DNA of 64,000 nt, taken from Eutreptiella sp. 'Long Island Sound 2002' (lineage: Eukaryota > Protista > Euglenida). Below the pieces are notes generated by a model. It did no database searches. It was given only the letters and a program-made list of their open reading frames with translations, and was not told the DNA's origin. The DNA is taken from contig OZ038378.1 in the NCBI GenBank assembly GCA_964036045.1, positions 160,766,001 to 160,830,000 of the forward strand. The letters run 5' to 3'. Positions within the stretch are counted from its first letter, which is position 1; every line of letters begins with the position of its first letter. Below are positions 23,081 through 33,549 of this stretch, piece after piece. Made by a program: the position numbers and the translations under genes.

Positions 23081-24361
23081 GGATGGGGTGGGGGCTCCCT
23101 CTTTGAGGTGCATTGCCAAAGGCAATAGAATTCAGAAAGCGAAAATAGTATTTTTGGAATCAGCGCAGCAATGGGAATCAGAAAATTCAACATTTGCCTG
23201 GTATTTAGACAAAAGATCCACCCATTTTTGACACGCCCCCAAAGAGTTATCTGAACACGGACAGCCTACCCCCATTTTGCGGGGCCTTTTGAGGGAAGCA
23301 TGCTGAACGGGGCGTGCACATGGCAGCTGTGAGGCCCTTTTGCTGTCCAAAAGTACGGCATGTTGCTACACTGAGGGATTTTAGGGACTCATCCACCACA
23401 GATGCAGGTATAGACATGCTGCCGCAATTTGTCACATTTGGCTGTTCAAACTCATCTATTTGCGTGGCTTTCAACCCAAGCTGTACATAGACAGTCCAGC
23501 ACTCCATTCAGAAGGAGATACCTTGATTCCTTTGCACTGCACCAACGGACTCATAGGCTGAACAGGTCCGTTTCCATGCAGGTTTTTGGTGCTATGTTAT
23601 GGATCCTTGAAATGGGCCGTATTCTTGGGGTTTCCGCCAAATGGTGTTGCACATGGCGCACACATGGCGAAGAATCCCTCGTTGAGACCTCCCCCCCTCG
23701 TTGTAGTTAAAAAAAAACGCCTTCCTGAAGGCAAAGGAAAGAGGGTTCTTGGGACGCAGGTTCAAACAGCGCATTCCTCTGTATTCAGTTTCCTGATAGA
23801 TGTGCTGCCTAAGGGCCACTGCAGCCTCCGGCCCATGGACAGACTCTAGACGCCATTCAACAGTGTTGAGACAGCAAAAATCCAGACAGGCCTTGTTCGA
23901 CTGACCAGGGGAAGAACATGGATGACCTACACTCAGCATTGTATGTGCATGAGACACTGGCTGTGTTTTCATCCTCCCTTGAGGAGATGGGACAGTACAT
24001 GAAGAAATGCGTGCCATGTGGGGCAAAACACAAAATTGCTGCTGAAAGCTCAACGGTGCTTGTGCAATCGTGTAATCAGCAGGGCAGGGCGTTGTAAGAG
24101 CACCCACGCAGCACAGCAGATGTCAATGGCGGTCAAGTACCAAAGAACTGCCCTCCAGGTGACTATTGGCTGCCTTCAGGTGACAACCTTCAATGAAACG
24201 CCAACCCATCCTTTCTCCCTTGGTATTCTGCACTGCAGTGGTCCTTGGATGTACTCGAAGGCAGACCACTTGCTGTACATACGCATTAGCTCTTCATGTG
24301 CCACATGCGCCCATGGGTGCACTGCAAGAGGAGGCATACTGCCAACATCAGGGTCTTATTA

Positions 24362-25530
24362 GGGGGCGTTGCGTGCGCTGTGCGCGCGCTGTGCACGCGC
24401 TGTGCGCGCGCTGTGCAAAAAGTAGGCCATTTTGGGGTAGCCACTTCTGATGTTCATAGCGTTGGGGTTAAGGTGGGAACGTTAGCGTGCCGGGCAAAGT
24501 TTCCCCCCATTTTCCCCAGTTCTCCCCCTCTTTTCCCGTTTTCCTCCTTACTGACACCCACGGATTCGTTAACCTTCCGGTGCTATTGAGGATTACCGGT
24601 CCACAGTTCTCTCCTCTACGTTGGAGGCCCCTCGAGTTGGGGTTAAGGACTCCCACGCTTCGGTGTGGCTGACTCATTGCCACTACAGAATTTCAGGGTT
24701 GAACCGGGATGGTACCATGAAACACGACTATCCCTCTAATGAATGGCGCCTGGTTCCCTGGTTCCCTGGGAAACTGGAACTGGAAATGGAACCAGGCCTG
24801 AGCTAAGGCGACCCGAAAATTGCTTGGGCGGGGGGGGGTGCCACGGGCGCCCTCTGAAGGTGGGGGGTTGGGAAAATGGGCTTCCGTGCCGGGACCCTTG
24901 TTGTATGTTTAGTTTGGGGGAAATTGATGGCGCCGAAGGCGCCGGAAAATTTTTTTTGGCCTCCCAAGGGGAAAATTTTTTCTAGTTTACCGTATGTGTC
25001 TACACTCAAAATACTCAGAATTTTCTGGAGAATTCAAAAATGGCTGAAAAACACAAGAAAAAAGTTTGACCCCCGACTCGACCTATGGGTCGGACCTTGG
25101 CTGATGGGAGCCTGAGCTAACGGGAAAATTTTTTTTGAAAAAAATTTTTACCCCACTTGTGTATGTTCAAAATGATCAGCGCGTCATGGGGATCATTTTG
25201 AGGTATGTATGTTGGGGTACCCACCGACCCCCCCCTGGGGGCCCCGGCGGCTGACTGGCCAACCGGCTTGCCCCCCAGACTTCGTCCCGGCACGGCGACC
25301 AAGGAGGGGGGGGGGGGGGTTGGGAAAATGGGCTTCCGTGCCATCTCCCCCTCCCAAACCAATTTTCTTCCCGCCTAACTACAGCACCTACGACCAGGAA
25401 CTTCAGGCTGGTATGCTTGTGCTGTCCTCTCAATCCTGGTCATAGGAAAGTAGCATTACTATTTGGCGCTGTGCGCGCGATGTGCGCGCGCTGTGCACGC
25501 GCTGTGCGCGCGCTGTGCAGAAACACCCCC
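24362..25530. mobile_element. PIF/Harbinger-like non-autonomous TIR element with TTA TSD
   Basis: TTA|GGGGGCGTT...AAACACCCCC|TTA; 4-5 tandem 11-mers (GCGCTGTGCRC) just inside both ends. A 3-bp TWA TSD with GGG termini is the established PIF/Harbinger signature. No transposase inside. Confidence 0.75.
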
Positions 25531-26211
25531 TTAGAGGGCCATACGGCCACGAGAGAGAGAGAGAATAGACCGGTAGGGTAGTCCTTGTCGGTGGGCGATC
25601 GTCCACTTCGGGCTCGTCAGAATATATGCGGACGAAGTTTTGCAGCCTTTTCTAAGGATTTGGGCATTTTTTTGGCAATCAGGGTTTTGTTCAGCGAAGT
25701 TTTCCCCAGACCTTTGTGCACCGCTGCATTTTCACTTTCTTGCCCTGTGTATTCTGACGTGACTGAAAACTAGCATTTCTGAGGTTTGACACGATTTTTA
25801 AGCATTAGAGTTATTGGAAATGAATTTTGACTGGATTTGATCCGCTCAGCCCCCCTCTCTGTAGCAAACTGATGTATATAAAGGTGGTTGGTTTCTGCAG
25901 ATCTTGGCCCCTCTTCTTTTGCCCGTCTTCATTGCGCATTTGTGTGTCATGGCCAACCCATCTGCCTTTGTTTGACCCCTTCCTAGTGGACCAGGATCTG
26001 TTGCACCACCATTTGAGAGTTCTCAGATCAGTTGCTCAGTGGTCCTGTAGCACGGGGATCGTCTGCTTTGCAGACCTCTCGTCTTCTACACGGACCTACC
26101 TCCAACCCCAACCCAACCCTACTCATGTGCTCTGTTTTGTGGTAAGCAGGGTGTTTTTGTAGGGACTCATCTAGCCGAGAAAACTTGGATGAATTTTGAA
26201 GAAACCTTAGC

Positions 26212-26324
26212 ACCAGCATTCCCGTAGGGAATGCAAGCATTTCCCCCAATGCACTCTGAATCTGATATAAATATGATTCCTATCTTCATCTTAGAATCTT
26301 TTTAGATTTGGGGATTGAGGGCAC
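26212..26324 (+). repeat. Split direct repeat A1 (113 bp; copy A2 at 30974-31086)
   Basis: 3 mismatches in 113 bp vs A2. Contains perfect hairpin GCATTCCC-GTA-GGGAATGC (26216-26234) and a TATAAATA box-like motif. Confidence 0.95.
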
Positions 26325-26349
26325 TGCTACCCCCCCCCTGTGCATTAAA

Positions 26350-27663
26350 ATGGCTGAAGCAAACCTGGGAAACTTGACGTTTGTGCAGTTCGTGACGGGA
26401 CAACACCTCGACCTATTTGTGGAAGCCCGTGGGAAAGAAGATGTAGCGAAAGGAGCTGTTGAAGTCCTAACCAGAATCCAGAGCGCAGGCGTGGAACATG
26501 GACCATGGCTGGATGCGCTGGGAGAGGCCTCGGGATGGCAGCAAGACGCGGCACGACTGTTGCAGGCTATAGCAGTCTATGAGATGTGCTGTGACAAGGT
26601 CATGAAGATCCCTGAAGGTACGTTTGAGGATGCTGTGGACTCGGTGGAGGATGTACAAATCTTTTGGAAAGGAGATCAGAAGCAAGACTTGAAGAATTTT
26701 TTTATCGGAGGATATACGGTCTACCGGACAGCGGTGAGTGACTCCGAGCTGAGCCAGGCAGGGGCCTTCACGGGAATGATGCTGGCACCAGTGGGTCTCA
26801 CAGCGAAAACAACCCAAGCAGAATTGACCGGCTGGCAAGAAGGAACACAAATGGAAGAAGGAGAAAGCCCTGGCTGCCTACGAGATATTCTCCAATAGCA
26901 AGATGGTTTGCGGAAAGGTGGACTCCGGGGTGAAGATCTTCTTCCAAAAGGTGGTAGATGAAGGAGCCAAAGGAAAAGGGCGAGAACGCCGTGAAGACCA
27001 GAAGGATAGTGAGGTGGAGGCATTGTCACAGAGGGTGAAAGAACTGGAGGCTAAATAGGCGGAGAAAGATGAATTTGAAGAAGCCACGACGGAGAACATC
27101 AAAAAGTTCCTGGAAAAGGAGGGATTACCGAAGTGGATGACCTCACTATGCGGATCGGTGATTGAGTACCTGGACTCCAATGAAAATTCCAAAGGCGATG
27201 CACTGGCTAAATAGGCCTGGGGATTGATACGGGAGAGCCAGCAAACCTACTCCAGCAGATATGGATCGTTCATCGGAGGGAGGAGAAATGGCCCGAGAGG
27301 AAGCCCTGGAAAGGGAATCAGACAGCCAAGAACAAGAAGAGTGGCATCCCACTGGCGAAAATCGTGGCTGAGGGAGGAAAAACCTTCTATGAAGACACAA
27401 CAGGAGGTCCATTCAAATTTGTGAAGCTGGATGATGTGGTGTACTACGTAACAAAAGGGGACAGCCTTTGCTGTAACATCGCACGCTCCCCACCTGCCAG
27501 CTGCAACCAGTGTGGGAGGACACACTGGATCTGGGACTGCCCAGATTTGTGGATCTCAGAGGAGGAAGACCCACAACACCCAGGCATTGCTGTGGATAGT
27601 GGAGAGGGAAGGAGAACAGCACGTACCACAAGAGGAAGCAATTCCACAAGTCAAAGGGGATGA
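26350..27663 (+). pseudogene. gag-like ORF of the YR retrotransposon
   Basis: Starts MAEANLG; has a coiled-coil/basic middle and zinc knuckle CNQCGRTHWIWDC (C-x2-C-x3-H-x4-C, 27502-27540). Broken by TAG stops and frameshifts. Confidence 0.7.
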
Positions 27664-27685
27664 AGATACTGAGGACCACCTTGGA

Positions 27686-28687
27686 ATGCCCCGGGGCTGG
27701 CCTGCATTCCGAAAGGCCTAGTTTGGAATCCAAGGAATCATCCAACGCAGAGAAAGGGGAATTGAGAAATACCTGTGGGACACTAAAGCATGGATGTGGG
27801 AGCTTAGTACGCTGCGAACGTACCGCACTGGCCTCAGAAAATTGTACCAGGTACACTGGGCGAGACCACACTGGACAACGACGCAAGCCTGGGATGCCCA
27901 AGTCACAGCAGAACTACAAAATGGGTCATCACCGAGTGTTGTGCGCACCATCCTATCAGCAGCGGCCTGGGCTGGGACGTTGGGGTACCTGGACAAACCC
28001 ATCCCGACAGGCATGGGCAAATTACCAAAGGCAGCAGCAAAAAGACAAACACGCGCCCCCCCGGAGTGGGGATCTTTTGCGGCACTCGCGGAGATGACAG
28101 AGGCGGCCAACACACCGATGGAATGGTGTGTGGTCGCAGCAGCAGTATTGTCGACGATTATGGGCCTTCGAATCTCGGCAGCAGCGACCCTCAAGCTACG
28201 ACACATCAATGGGCTGGCAAGGAGAGTCACCTTTTGGGACCAGAAGATCAACCACAAGTGGTACACCGGACCCCTCAGCGACTATGGCGCAACCTGGGCC
28301 ATGGCACTACACTACACAGCAGCGAAGAAACTGGGAAGAACGCCAGATCAATTCATCTTCTCCGGCACCCGTCAACTTGAACGCATCATGGCAAAACTCC
28401 TACAGCATTCCCCAAACAAAACGCTACGCTGGCATGGGTGGAGGCGTCTCTGTGCAGTGACACTGGCAGCAGCAGGATCATCCACACAGAAGATCAAAGG
28501 ATGGTGCAGATGGAGAAGCACATCGACGGCCCGGCAGTACATGGACTGCCCGCAAGCGGAAAGAATATCCAAAAACCCATGGGTCCCACTACCTCCGAAT
28601 CCCACAAAGAAGGCCCCTGTGTCCAGGGCAGCAAAGAGAAGTACGGGAGATCTGGCCACAGATCGCAATCATCAACAGATGCGATGA
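27686..28687 (+). pseudogene. Tyrosine recombinase (Cre/lambda-integrase superfamily)
   Basis: Catalytic set present: GLRIS (R), DQKIN (K), WHGWRR (HxxR), CRWRS (W), ARQY (Y). Open 27794-28687; the frame extends upstream through a TAG at 27719. Confidence 0.93.
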
Positions 28688-30790
28688 CCCCCAGACATCC
28701 AGCTCCGAGGAATCCTCCAGTGGACATGATGATTCAACATCAGAGTCGGACTCCACCACAAGAAGCAGGGTCAAGAGGACTCAGGCCAGGCGAAAGAGAA
28801 ATAGAACAACGGCATGATCTAGGGTGCCTGGAGAGGGGTGAGAACGAGGTGCCAGACCCCAGAGTGGGGGAAGACAGGGGAAAACGACCAAGGTGGGCAA
28901 ATTACCAATTCCTCAGACAACTGGCCTGGCAAACGTCACGGCGACTGGCACCGAATTTGCACGTGGAGAGATCCGAAGCTCACAGGGCAATTTTAAAACT
29001 GCTGCTCATGGCAAGGGACAGGCATCGCTCGTACCACACCAATACTGAGGCCATGGATTCCATTGTGGAAGCAGTGTCCAAATTAGAGACCATCGACTGG
29101 GAAAATTTCGATGCGGACTATGACGGCTACGATGGGCCTGCCAGATGTGGACAAGTGGATGAGGAGACAGCTCAGAAGGGGCTTGGAAAGAAGGGGTCCT
29201 GCCCTATCCCAGAAGTGGTTTGGAAAAGATGTGTCCCCATCGGCCTACCGAATGACATTGAAAATTGGGATCCGACGAAATCCAGGGTCCAGCCAAGACG
29301 TCTCTCCGAAGTGAGGGCAGTGCGGTGCAATACGCTGGTCCGAGAAGGCTTCCTGGAGCGACAGTACTTACCGGTGGAACCAAATTGATCGGCATTCCCA
29401 AAACCGAAGACGAAGGAAAAATGCTCATTCATATTGGACATGAGGAACTTCATTGAACAACAGTCCTTCAGACCCCCCCCCTGCAGCATGCCCTCAATTT
29501 CTGGTGTTTTTGAAACAGCGATGAAACTGGGCAGGGGGGGGGAGGTCTGTGCCAGCACTATTGATGTCTCAAAATTTTACTGGTCATTAGTCATGCCCAA
29601 CAAATTTTGGAGCAAATTCAGTCTACCAGGTTGCTACTACAAGTCCCTACCTTTTGGCTGGGACTATGCCCCAGTGATTGCGCATGAAACACTGCGCCTG
29701 TTTCTGTCTGAATTTTTCAGTAGGCACACAGTGCACCACGTGGAATTCTTCTATTACCTTGATGACATTATACTATTGGCCACGGACCCCGCTTTGCTCA
29801 GGGTCCTCACACAGGCACTCTGCAACTTCTTGGTCGCTAAAGGATTGGTGATCTCCCCCAAGTCCTGTACGGAACCCAGTCAGGCAGTTTGCTGGATAGG
29901 GAAGAAATTTGATTTCAAACACATGAGAGTGGAAAACCTCCCATCCACGACTCTAAAGAGTGTAGTTGCAGCAGTCAGAGCAGCGGTACAGCCAATGTCC
30001 CCGAAACGCATAGAAAGGATTACAGGCCGTCTGCAATGGTTTTTCGGCCCGAGACACGGTGCCACATCTTTCCTTTATGGATGGCACAGGACCAGGTGGA
30101 AGAACATACGACACACACACAGGCCATCAAACAAAATTGTCCACACCATGTTTGAGGCAATTGCCATTGGTGCGGTACCGTACACAGCCCCCCCACGACA
30201 CACTGCCCCCCTGCTGGCGCCTTTCATTGCAGTGGACACAGCAGAGACAACAGGAGGGTACAGGATCGGCCTTTCGACTCAATAAGGCACAGCACGCACA
30301 GTCGTCAAGAAACTGGGGAACCGGCAGCACGGTGAACTGGCAGGGGTCAACTATGCCGCCCACTTCATTTCGAATCAGCAGATTCACGGTGTGAACCTAC
30401 TGATTGATAACATGGCGGCCATTTTCTCATCCAAGAAATTGAAGGCCAGCCCTAAGGCACCAATGCAGACCAAAATTGTGCGGAACCTGTTCAACCACCT
30501 CTGGTGGACTGGCACGATGCTACATTGATTCTGGGTACCGACTAAGATCATGCCTGCGGACCCTATCTCTCGAATACCCACAGCATCAGGGAACCTCATG
30601 GGTACAGCGATGGTGGAGGCACGGAGCAAATGGACCTCTATCATGAACAATTTACAACTCCTACACTTCATGGGATCAGTCAGAGTATACCCCCCCCCCC
30701 CCCAAGCCCCTGGTGCTATGTGACCACGCTGTGTTTCTCTTTTACAGGTGGTTCGGTATGGAGAGGGTGGGAGATATTGTTGACATCATA
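28438..30790 (+). pseudogene. Reverse transcriptase-RNase H ORF overlapping the YR ORF
   Basis: One frame throughout: AFPKPK...ILDMR, IDVSKFYW, LPFGWDYAP, YYLDD, WIG; RNase H IAVD...GEL...LLIDN...WVPTKIMPADPISR. In-frame stops at 29386, 30283 and 30526. 3' end approximate. Confidence 0.92.
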
Positions 30791-30872
30791 GAAGCCGCTC
30801 AACCTTCGCGTCTACACCAAGGCGATGAAGGCAGGCAATCCCAGTGACTCCGTGTGCCCCTGGTGGGGAGTG

Positions 30873-31278
30873 GCGCGGTGGGTGAATGATGAAGCAAGCA
30901 AGTCGAATATTCCTATGTCCTAAGGTTTGCATATGCCTGCTGGATTGGAGAAGGAGGGAACGCAGGGGGAAATACCAGCATTCCCGTAGGGAATGCAAGG
31001 ATTTCCCCCAATGCACTCTGAATCTGCTATAAATATGATTCCTATCTTCATCTTAGAATCTTTTTAGATTTGGGCATTGAGGGCACCCGGCCCTGGCCTC
31101 CCCACGACACTCAGAACTCACAGGTTGATTCAATCACCTACGCCACAGTGACTATTACCCAGCCACCTACGCCGCTGCGCGGTGGGTGAATGATGAAGCA
31201 AGCAAGTCGAATATTCCTATGTCCTGAGTTTTGCATATGCCTGCTGGATTGGAGAAGGAGGGAACGCAGGGAGAAATA
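30873..31278 (+). repeat. B1-A2 junction, 90-bp spacer and B2 of the split direct repeats
   Basis: B1 30873-30974 vs B2 31177-31278: 3 mismatches in 102 bp. B1 and A2 share a single A at 30974. Confidence 0.95.
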
Positions 31279-32438
31279 TCGTGTGTACGCCATACACACC
31301 CCGTGCAACAACAACCTCTGAAAATTCGGACCGAAGAAAAGTGATTTCTTTCGATTGCTTGTGGCTGAGCTTACTCTTCCTACACCCTCCGGTTCATTGA
31401 GGGGGCGCCTACAATGTATGTGGGGCCCCCAAGTGTCCGGGCAACGTGGGGGGGACGCCAAGAGACCCACGGGATCCTCCTATCTTCTTCGGTTCTTTCC
31501 GAGCAGGAGACAATGCTCTGGGAAGGCGGGTGAAGCCGGTTCGGATCCCATGTGGTTGAGTATTGACCCATCGGACAGCGATTTCCGTTTCTTTGCGATT
31601 TCGCGTGCAGTTTGCGATTGCTTATACAGTTTGCAATTTTGGGTATAATTTCTGGTGAATTCCGAATTTATACTGAAATGGGTGTAGCCCAGGCCTGTCA
31701 GCGTGCACGTGCTCGTCTGGTGCTCCTGGTCGCTTTGCGGTATTATTCCCAATGCTGTGCATATTCCATTTGAGGGTTTCATATTCTTTTCCCGATTGTC
31801 TTTGTGTTCCTCTTTGCCTCTCCATGATCATGTGAATTCATTAGCTCTGGAGAATTCATTAACCGGTATCCAGTTGTGTTGGATTTGTGTTGCCTTTTGC
31901 AAGTTCAGATTTCATCGAGCTTTGCAACTCAGTCTTCATTGCTTTTTCAACAATCAATTGAGATCAGAGTTCATTGATCACTGCCTACGTGAGGATTTAG
32001 TTGTGCAAGGGAATTCAATTGGCTTGTGTTGGATTTTATCAAAATGTAGGGCAAGATGGAAGCAATGATGAGGGCCAAGACTTTGGGAGTTTTCAGCACT
32101 CCGAGGACCCAGCCAAGATGGGCGGCCACGCAAGGGGCAAGTGGCCCTACGAACAGTCTTTATTGCTCATTTCCTGAGGCATGGCGGTCCCCCACTGGAA
32201 ACAATGCAGCAAAGTGGCTGAGCCACGGGTTGAGAAAACATTCAAGGCCAACCGAAGTTCATCGAAAGATAGCGGAGGATATTTGCAGAGCAATGCAGGG
32301 CGAGAACCATTGTAAAGGAATGCACTAAACTCCTAAGAAAGCCTACAATTATCTGTGCCAGCTCTGGCACAAAACTTACCACAGGCAGCAAAGGAATGAT
32401 CAGCGGGGGCATCTTGAAAAAGGCCGAATGGACAAAAA

Positions 32439-32930
32439 GGGTGTTTTCGCACACCGCGCGCACAATGCCAAATAGTAAGTCAATTTCCCTGTAACAACCT
32501 GAAGGCGACCCACCTCTGGGGAAGCACAAGTTCACATGGCAAAAAGAGCCAAAATCTTCATGGGACCCCAGCCAAATGTCACGAACAACCCCCCAAGACC
32601 AAAGGTGGGCAAACAAATGATCCACCCATGTCCATGAATATCATCATAGGTCTTTTGCCGCACAGATATTGTTTTGCCGTCAATGAAAAGGATGTGGGAA
32701 TGCAATCTTCCCCTATATGCACCATCATGTATACCCACTTCAAGCTTCGTGAAACATCTTTTGGTGCGTTGTGGCCCATATTTGTCCCATAGCTTAACAT
32801 AGGCACTTGCACCGGGTAAGACTGGGCATATATACCCACACATTGTTAACCAATTTATCCACTGTCAAGGTAATTTTCCACAAAATGGCCTACTTTTCGT
32901 ACAGCGCGCACAGTGCACGGTGCACCCCCC
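32439..32930. mobile_element. Inverted-orientation member of the GGGGG...CCCCC TIR family
   Basis: Reverse complement carries TTACTATTTGGC..TGTGCGCGCG.TGTGC..AAACACCC and CTGTGCGCGCTGT..AAAAGTAGGCCATTTT, matching the two ends of 24362-25530. Flanks AAA/AAA. Confidence 0.65.
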
Positions 32931-33111
32931 AAAAGACTACCCTCCCCCCCTTTGTGCTAAAACATACCAGGCTCATCAAAAAGTGCGGAAACACAGGGCG
33001 GTGTTTAGACAAGCGCGTGCCTGCGCCTGACAAACACTACAGAACACATGTTGCAGACATGAACCAACTGTACCAGTCAAAACACAACAATACAAAAACA
33101 TTTGCCCTCAT

Positions 33112-33549
33112 TAGGGTTCGGAATCGGTTTTACCAATTAATCAAAAAAATTTATTATCGGCAACTACCGGATGTGATTTTGAAAATAATCGGCAAATTTG
33201 GTTATCTTTAAAAATGAATACAAACCAATTAATTGAACCAATTATAAACAGCCAAGAAACATTTTATGCATACACTAGGTCATTTTTTTGTCCATAAAAG
33301 AGCGTTTTGCATCATTACATGTGTGCACATTAAAGAGTTTAGGGTTTTGGTTAATCTTCATCCTTTTGTCTTGCATGTATTATCAATTTTGTGAAAATCT
33401 ACAAATTTTGGTCAATAATTGGTTATCTCAGAAGCAATAATCGGAAACAGCTGATTATTTCGATGAAATACAACTGGAATACTTGGTCCTTTTCTGAGAA
33501 ATACTTCGAAATAATCGGTTGTTTTGCATGAAAGCAATTCCAAATCTTA
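33112..33549. mobile_element. hAT-type MITE (438 bp, AT-rich)
   Basis: TIR TAGGGTTCGGAAT vs reverse complement of right end TAAGATTTGGAAT (10/13); 8-bp flanks GCCCTCAT / GTCTTCAT (6/8). At least six AATAATCGG-like subterminal motifs. TAG start and 8-bp TSD are hAT hallmarks. Confidence 0.7.

Larger units (their letters stand above)
26212..31278 (+). mobile_element. Full-length tyrosine-recombinase retrotransposon, VIPER/TATE-type (gag-YR-RT/RNase H), inactivated by nonsense mutations
   Basis: Split direct repeats A1 26212-26324, B1 30873-30974, A2 30974-31086, B2 31177-31278. Gag with Zn knuckle, then YR, then RT/RH on one strand. No TSD. Confidence 0.92.
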
